Origin: Neophaeotheca triangularis
Lineage: Eukaryota
Assembly (NCBI GenBank): GCA_054600435.1
Contig: BAAIJX010000023.1
Coordinates: forward strand, 248,001-312,000
Reading direction: 5' to 3'
Length of the DNA stretch: 64,000 bases
Shown: positions 1-13,419 of the stretch, piece after piece
How the letters are laid out: each line of letters begins with the position of its first letter
Position numbering within the stretch: the stretch's first letter is position 1
Made by a program: the position numbers and the translations under genes
The notes under the pieces: generated by a model
The model's database searches: none
Told to the model about the DNA's origin: nothing
The model's input: the letters and a program-made list of their open reading frames with translations, nothing else

Positions 1-1509
1 AGATTCGTTCCAATTTCGACTTCAATGACAATAGAGCTAGATTTGGGTGATACGCCGCTAAAAAGTTGATTGGGTTCATTCAGGGATTCGCAATCATCTG
101 CCCTGGCACCTTCGAGGGAGTCGATTAAGACTACTCGGCAAGAGTGACGTAGAAAGGGAAGACTGATGGAGGCTGATGATGCTGCTGCGGTGTTTTGCCT
201 TGAATAAGACGGCTTTATCCGTACAGGGGGTGAGTGTACGAGAAGCTTTGCCGGACGATGAGAGAGCATCAGTTCACGCCTACCTATCCCTTCCGTGGCC
301 CTTACTACACGAATACGCAGCCACACGCCGAGACGTAAATTCAATGGCGAAAAAGATATTATGCAATACCGACCTCATGCATTGCTGAAGCTAGCGACCG
401 GTAGCTTTGGTAGCGCAAATAAGCATAATCAACATTAAGCTTATTAAGCACCCCTTACTCAACTCCTTCGAGACCTAAGCCACTTGACAACCCAGCCAAC
501 CGAAAAAACAGTAAAAATCCACGATCTACTCGAAGCTGAGTACTCGGACCTAGTGCTCTGAATGACATGGTACTTGCAAAAGTTGCGACAATGCTGTTGG
601 TGTTTAGTTAGCTCTTGAGGTGAGGTCTTTGCGGGTCTAGGTCTTAGTGCAGCTGTCAACATCATCTAGCCTCGAAGAGCTGGGAAGAGAAAGTAAGGAC
701 ATCTAGGGGCGTGATATGGTACGAGGACATCGCCGACTCGGGTTAATGCTGTTTCCACAGCCTTGTAAGGAGATGTCCTCTTAAAAGTAGCAACGTCCTC
801 ACCCTCCAAGCAATGTCCTCCCAAAAAGCAACAAGTACAAGTACTCCCCACCCCTCTCCCATCGATCTTCCAATCCTCCAAACCCTACCCATCACACATC
901 CCAACCCACCAACCACACACACCACCCACCAAACCACCGCATACAACCCCACCGAAACCACAACCCAAACCCACCGCACCCAAGCCCCCGCCCCCGCACG
1001 CCCAAAACCACCCCCCCTCGCTCCCACAACAAACAAACCATGCCCTGCACCCGCCCAACCACCCGCGCCAAAACCGCCACGAGCTCCGCAACCCACACCA
1101 CGGCCCTGCTGAACCTCAGCCTCCGCCGCGCCCGCAAGATCTCCCAGCTCCTCACCACCACCACCGCCGCTGGGCCCAAGAGTCGCGGCAACCTCGCGAC
1201 CAGCAGTTCCAGCACGCCTGGGCCGCTACTGCCCCTTCGCGCGAGACGGCCGATTGTTCTTAGGCTTGGTAGGGGCTTGGAGCGGCCGCTGAATGGAATG
1301 GGGGGGCGGGAGTGAGGGAGGGTTGGGGGAGTTGGTGGCGAGTTGGCGCCCCGGGCGGGAAGGGAGGGGGCTGGGCTGGTTTTAGGGGGCTGGGGTGCTA
1401 AAGGGAGGGGGTTTTGTTTTGGCGGTGGTTAAGGGTGTCGAGGGCCCTAGGTCGGTTTTTGACGTTGGGGTTGCCGGTTTGTGCTGAGGTTTGGGCGGTT
1501 TTTTTGAAT

Positions 1510-1535
1510 GGGGGGGGGGGGGGGGGGGGGGGGGG
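1510..1535 (+). repeat. G26 homopolymer within a G/T-rich tract
   Basis: 26 consecutive G at 1510-1535, inside the G/T-rich stretch ~1300-1740. Confidence 0.95.
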
Positions 1536-1849
1536 TTTTGATTGAAGGGGTTTTGGCGGGGGTGGTGGAGTTGGGGTGTTTTGAGGAGGTTTGATTGGGG
1601 GTTTTTGATTTGATGGGTTCTTTGGGCGGTTTCGAGCGGGTTTCGGGGTTAGTGGTGTCGAGGATGCGGTTCAGGGGGGAGTTGTTGGGTTGAGGGGAGG
1701 GGACGAGCGACGACGCATGGATTGGGTGTGGGTGCTCTATCGGCTGGATTGTGGAACTTTTGCGAATTCAATTTGCTTTATACCGTAGGTACATAGATGC
1801 TTACTTCTTTACTCTCTCTCGTCGTTGCTGCTCACCATGGAGCTGAAAT

Positions 1850-2230
1850 TATACATAGTTGGACTAGGTCTTTAGTTAGGGTCTTTGCTTTCTGGGGTAG
1901 ACTCGATCGATGTAGTTGATCTATCGGAATTGAAAAAGTATCAAAGCCTCGAGTCGGAGTTTTCTGAGCTGGAGTAGCTTTTGGGAAGACCCAAGTCCAC
2001 GTGGCTTTTGAGGGAGTCCCTAGTAGGTCTCACTACTTCGGGATTCAAAGTAGTAAGTACGAAATAACTCTCGATTAGGTGTCGAGTTTTAGTTTTGAGT
2101 TTGAGTATCTTTCGATTAGCATCTAAGCAGCTCTCGAGTAAGCAGCTTCCAGTAGCTTTCGAGTAGCTTAGGGATGTCGAGCTGTTGCCAGTATGACTTG
2201 CGTAGGCTTCGAAGTGCTTTCGAGCAAACG
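1850..2230. mobile_element. Degenerate repeat-derived DNA, possibly RIP-affected (unclassifiable)
   Basis: Many TAG/TA and TCGA words and no ORF; same composition as 46730-47860. No recognisable TE protein. Confidence 0.35.
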
Positions 2231-2403
2231 CCGACGACGGACTGGTACGTTTTCACTGTAGCGGCGGGGAACGGATAGGATGTTCAACGTTGATGATCGT
2301 TTCATATGCATATGTACTGATGTATGTACAGCCGAGCACTCAGGCTCTCCAGCTCCGTCGCTTCGGATACCATCCGGTTCCCTCTCTAGAACCCATCAAC
2401 CGC

Positions 2404-3594
2404 TTATTGCGGCTTGGTGGGGTTAGTGCAGCCCTCAGGCTGATCGGCACCGGCCGTGCCGTTGCTGAAGGAGTACGAGTAGTCAATCGTGTAGTGGTCG
2501 TTACCGGAGTAGTAACCCCTGTTGACGGCGAAAGATCTCGGCCACGATTGCGAGTACAGCGAGCAGTACTGAGCAACGCTCTTGCCGTTCTTGTAGAGCA
2601 GGTAGGTGTTGAAGAATTGGCAAGTCTTGGGCTCGCCGTCCTTGGGCGGGTGAGCGCGCGCGTAGTCCGACTCGGCCGTGCAGGCTGCGGCGCACTTGGC
2701 GGCGTCGAAGGGGCCCGTGGTGAAGGTCTTGAAGGTCAGGTAGGTGTCGTCGTTGTTGCAGTCGAGGGGCGCGTTGATGGCGGCTTGGCCGAGAGCGGTC
2801 GGGCCCTCGTAGCCGCTCGGCGTGTCGATCCAGTTGTTGGTGTAGCCGTTGCTGCCGGCGATCACGACGTGGAATTGGCGGCGCCATTGGCCGACGTTCG
2901 TGGCGGAACTTTCTTTCATGAACCCGCCGTAATACACGCATTTGATCACGGTCTCGGAGGCGGGGTTGGGGCAGGCGGCGGTGGGGTCTGTGACGGGGTC
3001 ACGCTCGTAGTCTGGGCGTTTTGTTAGTTGGTGGCGTTTCTTGGGAGTGAGAGGGACTCTGGCTTACAGAGGTTGAAAGAGGAGCAGCCCTTGACGTTGT
3101 CGCAGCGGCTGGCGCACTTCGCAGTGTCGTAAGTGTCGAGGGTAGAGTATCCCATGTAACCGAAGATGCCCTGCAAAAAAAAGTATTGTTAGTGGATTGT
3201 TCGACATCAAGAACGAGATCAAGACATCACCTACCTCACTCGCCCCATTCTTGTTCTGGTAGGCGCGGGTGTATCCTTGCGGTGTAGGGGCAGAGGTGGC
3301 AGCCTGGCTGATGTCCTCTCTACCTAAAAAAGTATCGACATCGTCGTCCTCGGCGGGGGCGGAGCAGTCACGGCGCTTGAGGTCGCTGTTGTCGGGGTCC
3401 GCGCTGACGGCGGCATGGATGGAAGCGGCAGCGGCAGCAGACTCGTAAGTAGCAGTAGTGGCTACGGCAGAAGCCTTGACGACTGGAATGTCAGGGGTGG
3501 GAACCTCGCCCAGAGCAGCGACGGCGGCCTTGTCAATGGCCTGGGGGAAGGCTACGGCGGAGGCCACAAGGGCTGCGAATGCAAAGGACTTCAT
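2404..3594 (-). CDS. Secreted Cys-rich protein with pro-peptide and two PAN/Apple-like modules (carbohydrate-binding-like family)
   Basis: ATG 3594 gives signal peptide MKSFAFAALVASAVA and a Kex2-like LKRR site. Introns 3234-3171 and 3067-3012 (GT..AG) join frames into GYMGYSTLDTYDTAKCASRCDNVKGCSSFNLYYERDP...IKCVYYGG...GQWRRQFHVVIAGSNGY. A second module follows: FDAAKCAAAC...CQFFNTY...QYCSLY. Confidence 0.88.
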
Positions 3595-6275
3595 GGTGAT
3601 CGAGGTTTGAGGTTGTCTAGCAATAGAGCTGATCGTTTGGTATGAATTGACGAGGGTTTGTGGAGATTCCAGGAACAAGAATGCCAGGGTTCGACGTGGA
3701 CCTATATACCCGTCCGAGTTGTCCCCTCGCCTGCCGTTGTTCGAACGGCCGCAATGGTATCTCTTCGCGAGTCGGCAAGCATGAAGATGGCCTACTACTC
3801 GAAGCAGCTCAGCCCTTGGACGTTTGGGAACTCTGACTCCGCACCTACAGCTTCGGCCAGTCCAGTTGGTGAACCGTGACGAGACCGAGAAGGCTTCAAA
3901 GCCCCAGAATAGCCCATTTTAGTACAATCAGGCCCACTTGCCAGGGGTCGCATCGCAACTACAGACGGCCTGGACGATGCGGCGAGTAAGTCCGTGGTCT
4001 TTCATAGATCGTGGCCGCGGATTGGTCGACCAGCTCCAAGATGTTGTTGGCCGGATTCCATTTTTGGTTTCTTCCCTATCCGTCGCAGCTCACGGGTCAC
4101 GGCCCAGGGGCAGCGCCGGCAGCAACACCGACGTGACAACTCGCTTGCCAGCCCATATCCACTATCTGCTGAACGTTTACTAGTTCGGGACGGTCAAGTG
4201 ACTTGGTAGCACAGCCGGCACAGGACGTCTTCTTTGAGTATCAATAGCGCCCTGTCGAGTGATGCGGGAAGTGACGCCACACACGACGTTCACGGACCTA
4301 CAAGACCGGATTGGGAGCAACATTGAAGGTTACCACTGCCCGGGTGTTGTCTGCTCAATGGAGCGGATGCAGCTGTTGTGGCTGCAGGTGCAGGATCAAG
4401 TCTTCCGCGTCTCCTCAGCGGGAAAGCAAAGTAGGCGCGGCTACACATCGTGAGCCAAGATTTATGTTTGGCGACGATGACTCGCCGGCAAACTCAAAGA
4501 CCCAGCTCGTCGTCGGGTATCGAACGTGTCCGAGGGCAACTCGACAAAACCGAGCCGCCCCCCAGGTCATCCGGAGTAAGTCTTGCCGCGAGGTGGAAAT
4601 TTTTGGCAAGTTTTCTGTACGGCGTGTCGCTCAAAGCCATTGCGAATTCATAGCTTATGTAGTTGCGAAGGGATGGAGTTGAGAGTGTCGAAGATACGCA
4701 CGCTGATCTTTCGGGTGATCAACCACCTTAAACGGGAAAAGCTCAAAGGCTAAGCAGCTGACACGAGCTCGAGTAACTACATAGTACTACTTCTCCACGT
4801 GCTGGGCCCGGAAGAAACGTGTTTTGCCGGGTTTGTTCGTTTACACTGCTAAAAGGTACCTCCCCCACCTGACACCTCCTCCTAGCTCCGCGATAACTTG
4901 TAGCAAGGAGCTCGATAGCCTACCTAGGCTTCACGAACAGGCTTCGCATCTCCGGCCATTAGCTGTGGCGTTTGAAGGCGGGTGAAGGGGTGTCGCTAAA
5001 ACTCCGCAGCGGCCAACAGACACGTGGGCAAACATGTCGAGTAATGATGATGATAATAATAATAATACAACTCTCGCCCAGCTGCCGGTGCTGGACGGGA
5101 GGCCATGGCTTTGCGTGCCGAGCGATAGAAGAAGAAAGACAGGAGGCTGAAAGCTGCGATTTGCAAGCTACCTAAGCTAGCTCGGCCTGCATCCTCTCCA
5201 CCATTCGGGAGCATAAACTCAGCCCATGCACGCAGTAGTAAATAGCACAAGTAGATCTTCACACCAACTCTGCATAGTCCTCGTATCTTCACTCCAGCTG
5301 CTGCACCGCATTTACCGTACGCAAGGAAGAGAAAGCTCGCAGCTCAAACGAGCTTCCCCGAAGCGCAATGCTGTGTCAGGACTTTGTGAGCTTCTATAAT
5401 AATCGTCGGTATAGCGCGACACAAACTCAACAATAATGATATGACGATTCAAGAGTGCCCAGGTGTTGTTGACCGCTATCTTCGTGGCATCATCCCTACT
5501 GGTCATGTCGACGACGGCAGTAGTAGTAGTGACTCGTGCACAAGGTTAGCGAGGCTCGCCGCCCTGTCGGTACACTGGCTCGAAAGTCAAAACATTGCTT
5601 GAATTTCCGAGACGTCTCTTCCAGATGGGGGAATGGCCAGTAAGTTAAAAACGAAACTCGAGGGTATCCATGTATAGTGCTAAATACGGGTCGACGTATT
5701 GAGCAAACCAACCTTGAAAGGAGATGACCGGTCATAGACGACAAACCAAAGCTACGATGTTGTCCTTGATGAAGCGGAATGGAAGCGCTGAGCCGTCGGT
5801 TGTGAAGAAGTGGTTTCCGCCAAGACCGGCTGTTTTGGAGAACCCGTTTTCTTCACACTTCTGCAGTCTGAACCATGGTACGGTAGATCTCAAAATCCAA
5901 GCGCTTGGACTTGGTTGAGAACCGTTTCAACCGAGTCAGGAATTCTCAAAGCGGTAGCAGCTCCCAGACTCTGAGCGTCTCGATTGAGTGCTACAGAAAC
6001 TGCGGCCATCATTACTTTGTCAACAATGCGTATTGGGAGTATGGAGATTGAGACAGCAGGGTTAGTGTTAGTGTGCTAGTAGGGAAGCGTTGATGTGCAT
6101 GGTCCGAGGCATCTAGTGGGCAACGGCGTTGTCGAGCTATAGATCCAAGGAGAGTGTGCAGTATGTGATTCTCTCCCCTGTCATTGGCAGCATCACCCGC
6201 GGAACGTGCCGAGACCACCCAGTCGAGTTGTTCAGGATTCCAAATTCCGCTTCCCTTTTACCCCTGAACAACATA

Positions 6276-7259
6276 TCATCGAGTCTCCCACTCTGCATCG
6301 TCCGCATCACTATCATCGCCGGTCCTTCCTAAAGCCAAGTCCTCAACATCCTCCACTATGTTGTCCACGGCTCTAGCGTCGGATTGTCGAGCATACTGCA
6401 TCGCTCTCTGTCGCAGTGTCGTGAAAAGTATCTCCAGCCTTGAGATGCGTAGATGCATGTCTGCTGGCAGCCGAGGAGAGTGACGCTGAATGGTGCTTTC
6501 CCGAGATGTTGCGAAGGGTGGAGGAGTCGGAGGTCTGGAAGAGAAGGGGCTGAGTTGTTGGATTGAAGGGTGACGCGGGCTTTGGGGGCTGTGAGTGCAG
6601 GAAGCGTGAGGAGGTGAGTCTTGTTGGGTCTGTGCTGGGCCGAACGGATCACTTTGCTGAGTTGTTTGAGGAGGGACCTGGAATGTTGTACCCGAGCTTG
6701 ACGGTGCTTCCATGGGTTGGGCATTGCTTAGGCGGTTTGGGGCCACACCGTGAAGCTGCTGTTGCTGCCACTGAAGCAAGCCCATCTCTCGAGTAGAGTC
6801 CGCGACGTCCCCCATGCTGAAAGGAAGAAAATGTGGTGCTTGAGGATCAAGCTGAGCCTTGTTTCCTCCGAGGGTGAATTGTGCAAAAAGCTGCGCTCGT
6901 TTACTACTGCTTACGTAGGCGGTTGTCGTCAAGAATCGATGGTTCCCTCTGGTGTACTCTTCGAGGGTGCAGCCTTGTTCGGAGTTCATGCTTGCTTCGA
7001 CGACATCTTCGTACTCAATCGTGCTGCGATCGGAACCAACCGAGCTGTGGTAGCTCGCGACATCTCCGGGACCGTCTTGCTGTGTGTTCTTATCCGATGA
7101 GCCGGGCGAATGGTCAAGAACGACTCCCTGGCGGGGAACAGGTTTTACCTCATGGAACCCATCAATACCAGCTTGCTCGAAGGTGTGGTTGGCTTCAGCG
7201 GGCGATGTTGAGCTCCACTGGAAATCAGCTTCGTTGTCTGGCGCCGTGGTAGTGCTCAT
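6276..7259 (-). CDS. Hypothetical, largely disordered S/P/Q-rich protein with a PAM2-like motif
   Basis: Long ORF 6276-7514; likely ATG 7259 (MSTTTAPDNE). Contains QLDPQAPHFLP and a helical-looking C-terminus. No family recognised. Confidence 0.5.
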   Translation of the reverse strand: MSTTTAPDNEADFQWSSTSPAEANHTFEQAGIDGFHEVKPVPRQGVVLDHSPGSSDKNTQQDGPGDVASYHSSVGSDRSTIEYEDVVEASMNSEQGCTLEEYTRGNHRFLTTTAYVSSSKRAQLFAQFTLGGNKAQLDPQAPHFLPFSMGDVADSTREMGLLQWQQQQLHGVAPNRLSNAQPMEAPSSSGTTFQVPPQTTQQSDPFGPAQTQQDSPPHASCTHSPQSPRHPSIQQLSPFSSRPPTPPPFATSRESTIQRHSPRLPADMHLRISRLEILFTTLRQRAMQYARQSDARAVDNIVEDVEDLALGRTGDDSDADDAEWETR

Positions 7260-8525
7260 TTCTGGCTTTGGAATGTCAGGCTCAGAGAGTAAGGGCTGTA
7301 CTTGTCTTATAATGCGTAAACCAGAGCTTTTGAGGTGCTGGACGACAAGCCGTAACACACGACAACAACGAATGTGTCGTCTTGATGTGCTCCTGAATGT
7401 CAAAGCCCCGTGAAAGGTGTAGACGTTTGCTACAACACGTCTCTCTCTCGAGGATTCCTGTCGTAGCTTGCTGCCTTGCTGGAAGTTCCTGGGAACCAGT
7501 AGAACAGCGTGCAATTGGCCGGGAAGAGATTTGCAGCATGTTGAATTGCTACTATATCACCCCGTATCATCTTGCTCCAGTCTTTGCGAGGATGCTGCAG
7601 AAAGTCCATGAACTTCCTGGAAGCCACGCGGAGAGCCGTAGGCCTCTAGTGGAAGATGTGGTGCTTCAGACCTACCTAGTGCAGATGGCAAGGACCTGTA
7701 GCCGAAGTTTCTTCTTATTGAATGATAAGACGACCCAGCACAAAGGGCCGGACTTTTTCAAGGTTTCTTCGTTGCCCGAAAGCGCTAGATAAGAATCACC
7801 GGTCGTTGAAGATGCCAGATGTCCTCGAGATTCGCAGCTATTCTTTATTCCAGACAAAGTGCCCGATTTTGCTTTCCCATAGAAAGAAGTGCGGTAAGCC
7901 TTTCGGTCATGATCGAGGGCGAAAGAAGGAGGTGGGTGCGCCCTCAAGGCTTCTTGAATATCGTGCCGCAAAATCGCTGAGCTGACTTCGTGCCATCACC
8001 GCATCTCGATCTCCAGCCGCAGACGGCATTGGCCTCGAGTTTCGAGGCTTTGATCCTGCTCCAACTCAACTAGCGGTGACTGACTCCAATTGCTCACGTA
8101 CCCTCACCTTCGTCAAGTGGGTAAAGGAAGGTAGGTAGTGGGTAGAAACGTGAAGGAAGAAGTGCAAAGGTCGGCATGAGGTCGGGTAACGGGACGAGCC
8201 AAGCCAATGCTTGGCACCTGACTTCTCAGGCAAGGTGTATAAAGTCGACAACCTCTGCCTTTGAATAATGGCTTCCAACACGACAGACGCATAGGACCCA
8301 TCACAACCACCACTATTCCGGCTAAATGCTCGAGAATAGGAGATGTCTCGCGAGAATCGGCAACGTGTGCGATATAAATTCTCAGCAATGCTCGTCAGAC
8401 AAAGCTTGGAACGATTGAGCTCAACAACCAATGGCAACAATATTACGGCTAGGCTATCGCAAAAGGAGCGTGTCGGTCCAAACCAGCTATCCTACTGTCA
8501 TCCCCCCGCCGGAATCTGCTGTCTT

Positions 8526-10558
8526 TCAAGCGTTCTCAGACGCCAAAACTGTTCCATCGTGGCCAACAGCAAGTCGGTGTGGGACGAGGGAGGCCTTCAC
8601 AGGGTTCTTCGCCTCGAAGACTAGATCCAACTCTTCGAGAGTGCGCTGAGAGTTGCGTCAGTATTTTTCGGCTGGTTTCTGAAAACGGAAGGAATCTCAC
8701 TCTTCTCGTCTCTGGCATCAGGAAATAGAACACAACGAACTGCACGGCATCCCACACGACAAAAACGATGTACGTCCTCCAGCCGATCTCCGCCAAAGAA
8801 ATTGGCCAAGCGAATTGGTTGAGCAGGCCGCCGATGGCGACTGCGAAACCTGAGAACGCCATACCCTTGGCACGCATCTCGAAGGACAATACTTCCACCG
8901 GGTAGAGAGCCTGCAGAGGCGTGATACCGAAGGAGTACACGCCCCCAAAGACAAAAATCATTGCCAGTGTTGCGCGTGCCGCAGCATCGTTGGTATCGTT
9001 TGACTGGGCGAATTGCGCAGAAGCAATAGTCATGCCGATCCACACGATGCAGCAACCTCCCATGGAGCCCAACTATATCAAATTCTTAGCGTACGTCATG
9101 AAAGGGTACAGGCTATTGGGGTACGAACCATCATCTTTCTTCTCCCCAAACGATCCACAAACCCTGCTCCGGCAAGAGCAAATGCGAACTGGAAGCAAGC
9201 GTAGCCGAGATTGATGTTTGCCTGCGTAGTGTCGCCTTCGTAGCCAGCTACTTCCAGCACGGCCGGGAGGAAATAGGTCAGCACGCCTATCAAACCATGC
9301 GTTAGTTCATAGAGCTCTACGCCTCAAAGGTCGGGCCCCACACATACCGTTGCCAGCCCACTGTGCAAAGATCGAAAAAGTTACGTTGACCAAAATGCGG
9401 TATCGGCTGGCGCGGGTTTTAAAAAGAGCACTGTAATCCCAGAACTTTTTATCGGCGCCATTCAGATTGAGGAACTCCTCATATTCGGAAACCTGCAGTC
9501 TGACCCAGGCGCTGTTTGGATTGTCGTACCCGTGCCATTTGGTAAGCACAGCAATAGCTTTCTCTCGTTTGTTGTTTACGAACAGCCACCTTGGAGACTC
9601 CGGAATGGCCCAGGCTGCGCACGCAATCAAGACTGGGAAGAACATCTGAAGCCAGACTGGAACTTGCCAGCTAGCGTTACCTCCTAGGTTGAGCGAGCCT
9701 CGCACAGCACCAGCGGACAGAATCGAGCCCGTGAACCAGAAGGTGTTGCAGTAAGCAGTACTTTGGTATCTCGTTAGCCAAGGGACCTTGCGTATCGCAA
9801 GAACGTTTCGACCTACACAATGCCTCGCCACGAAGGGTGCGCAGTCTAGAGCAGAAAGGTGTTCAGTAACTATTGCAGCGCAGTCATCGTGTGCAAGACA
9901 CTCACCTCGACCACGTAAATGGGACCTGCAGCGCTAACAATGTTGACTCCAAAGCCAAGGAAGAATCGACCAGCCTGAAGTTGACCGAGAGATTCGCTAC
10001 TCAGGGTCGTACCGTTCAATATGGTTCCAACGATAATAATCCAGGCTCCAATTTGCATACCCACCTGCGTTCAACGATTAATTAGTTGAAGGTTCAGCTA
10101 CACAGTCGAGAAAGGATGACGTACCTTTCTACCCCATGTGTCTACTGTCGGTCCTACGAAAGGCAGAGCGGTCACACTACCGATCTGGTACATAGCCGAG
10201 TTGAGAGCCGCCCATGGGCCGTCAACGGTGCCGTCGAAGAAGTCGAGGAAATTCGAGTTTGCCGTCAGTCCGCCAAAGAGAGATCCATCGTATCCGTTCA
10301 TGGTTTGGCAAAAGCATCCCAGCAGGAGACAACAGACAAGCAGCCAGGTCCTTGGGCTTCCGGGTCGAGTGGGCTCAGCAATGAGAGCTTCATTGTAGGC
10401 TTCGCTGCCACGGACTACTCTGACTTCGGCGATGACGCCCTGCGACGTTGTTAGCCACGCAGTTGGGTGAAAAGACTGCTGTTGTACCGGGTGAGTCGCA
10501 CCGAGTCTTTGATATCGTCAATTTTCTCTGCTATGTCCTTGCTCTCGTGTACCGACAT
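8526..10558 (-). CDS. MFS sugar porter, lactose permease/cellodextrin transporter-like
   Basis: Multi-exon gene from ATG 10558 (MSVHESKD). Motifs NGYDGS, DTWGRK, GRFFLGFG, PESPRWL, QWAGNG, VDRLGRR, YPVEVL, PET..TLEEL. TGA at 8528-8526. About 7 GT-AG introns including a ~30-nt micro-exon near 9817-9846. Confidence 0.93.
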
Positions 10559-13419
10559 GTTGGCGATGGATATTGGGTGGACTTGCGATTGAGCTAGGCT
10601 AGCTTGTTCCAGTTGCGAGTTGGGGACGAAACCGAACCATGAGGGTAAGGATACACTTCATATATACTCATTCCTCTCTCTCCCGCCTGATACACTGACC
10701 CCCTCTCGGATCGCAGTCCAGAACGTATGTTTTGCGGTTTACAAAGGTACCATACCCCATGGGGCCGGGCTGGATGTGGAGGTAAGCCGCATCCGCTACG
10801 GAGTCGCATCCTCCGCGACGCTCGGCCCTGATTGCCTGCCCATCAACCAGCAACCTTTGCCAATCCTCGACACCATTTTATGATCGCGGTAATTCTCTAG
10901 TCGTCTTCGTAACAAGCCACCACATTATACCGCACCTTAGCTAGCATGCATTTTCACTCACGGGTTCCAAGATCTCCCCTCAATTTAAACCAGAAGCCTA
11001 GGTACTCTAGGCAAATCGGCACGACCTCTCCGGCTTCCGCCAAGCTCAAACAAGGAAGGACTACCACCTGGACAATATGGTGCCCGGGAGATGCAGGTCT
11101 CCCGTTACTAATTAATCTATGCAGTGCGACTCCCCCTCCAAAGGAGACAAGCGATGGAACCCGGCTGTCAGTCTCGCTTTGCGCCCTACCCACATCTCGC
11201 ATCCTGTTTCATTTCGTTCGTTAATAAGCGAGAGGCTGCTGCTCAAACAAAGGTCAGCGCTTCCAAGGATGGGAACTGGACTAGATTTGATCGCCATCTG
11301 AATTTCATACAAGTCGTATACGGCTTCTACCAGGCGTTGTCGTAAAGCGATGTTCGCGAACATCGCTCCCACTTTAGCGCAATGTACACAGCCATTCAGC
11401 GACGCCTGGGGTCAGAGCTGTTCTGCTAACGACTCTAGCATCGGCGGCAGTCCCCGCCGTAGACAGCAAGCCCTCACGTTTCTTGGATTGAGCTTGGGGC
11501 TCGTATCAAAGCTTATGCCCGGACAGGCTCGACTGGCCGCGTTCCCGCAATCCAAGACGAAAGTTGGGCGCGGTGCTCAAAGACCACACGAAGATCCTCG
11601 CTACACCACCCACGGTCCATGTCTCCGAGACGAGGCGACGTCTGTGCTTCCATGTGTGATGAACGAGTCTTTCGATATTCTCCTTTACACTCTGAATGGG
11701 CGGTGGACACCATGGCAAGACCTGTCATGTTGTTCCAGTGATGCTTCAACTTCCTCATTCGATGGCGAGCTACGCAACTCAGCTGTTCCGGGCGACCAAG
11801 GCCTTGACAGCATCGGGGTTTGCGGGTCACGGCATTTATCGCCCTCCAGTCCACATCTACATTGCCCGGAGGCCGGAACACCTTCACCGTTTGAATGGAT
11901 CAACTAATACTTCCACAAGGCATGCAATATTCGAGTGATGCGCTTGGGATACTTGACCGTCCCTGCTTTTCGACACCTGGGACCGAACTCTGCTACCCGC
12001 CGAACCGTCTGTATAATATGCTTATTCAATGATCCGCCGAAGGCTACCACCCTCTTCTTCCAGGGTCGAAACACATGCACCGCAATGGGTAGGCCGCTCG
12101 CCCTACTCGGCACACTCGGCAAGTGAACATCTACTGAAGAGGCCTGATCTCATACAATCCAGCTGGACGTGGCGTCTCGATCCTTCAGCGACATGCGGCT
12201 GACCGCTTTCCCGAGCAAGTCCCCTGTATACCTGCATGTTCTCATCGCGGGCCGGTTGAAAAGTATTGGTAGGTCACCCAGCAACTTTCTCTAGTCGAAA
12301 CTGGCGTGATTGGAGCAACAACATCTAGGTTCGCGTCGTTGCAGGCACTAAGAGGAGCAATTGGTTGAGCTTTTAGCTTACTGCGGCCCATCTTGAGAAG
12401 GTAGGTCTCTTCAAATTTTCCGAGCCGGCCCAACAGATGAATGGTCCGAAATCGATCATGCGACGACTACAGGAGACGCAGGAGCACAAACCTTATTCTC
12501 GAGGCCAAGTAGTGATCATTACTCTTAGACCACCAGTTCAAGAGTCCCAAGAGCCTAGATGTAGACTTCTATCCCGCGGAGTTGCTACAACTATCGACCG
12601 GGTGATGCCCCGATGATCCCAGCGCCTCCTTTTATAAGTCGCCACTACTTCGTGACGACTCCATCGTCGCCCAAACCACCCTACCAGTTCACCATCGACC
12701 CTTCATGTTGCTGTTGAGCGCTGATGCTGACGGGTTGAAAGACAAAAGATCGACTGTTGATTTCGACAGCAAATAGCATGACTTCAAACGCCTCAACAAG
12801 CCGCTTGTCCAATATTTACTTCTGTGAGTCCCCCTTCGCTCCTTCAAAAGTCCACGGAATTATATCTGGCGGAGATGTACTGGATACGTTCCATTGATGC
12901 AGGCTCCGATCAACCCAGCATAACACTTCTCAGGCTTTCGCGACACTTATGCATTTCCGCAAACATCGAGGCAGATGCATCGTCCTCAAGAATTAACCTC
13001 TCCGCTCTCTTTCACGCCTTCGCCATCCCCCTATTGATACTCAAAAGGAATTGCCCCAGCCGGACATGAAAAACGGTTCCGCCGAGAAGAGAGAAGAGAT
13101 TTTGCGCGAAAAGGTTGAGCTTAGCGAAGGCGACACTGTCCGCGAGACCCCCATTATCATATCCCTCGAATCTGAGGAGAAGCGAGTCTTTGATAAGGCG
13201 ATCGGCCAGCTCGTGTCAAGCAGCCTTCCATGAGTTCCAACATCTGCTCAACTTCAAACCGCACCTAAAACCTCGCCTAGACGAACAAAAAGTCCCCGCT
13301 GCGGACGGCAATAGCAGAAATCAAGGCCAGGTTCCCAGCGTCGGCGGTCGCCAAAGGCAGCTCTTACGCTATCCGTCGTGCCAGAAACCTCAACCGACAG
13401 GATACCAAAAGGGTCGATT

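Noticed and set aside
3700..6200. Many short ORFs in this intergenic stretch (also 7300-8450, 29300-30400, 51000-52500)
   Set aside because: No motifs, consistent splice structure or codon bias recognised.
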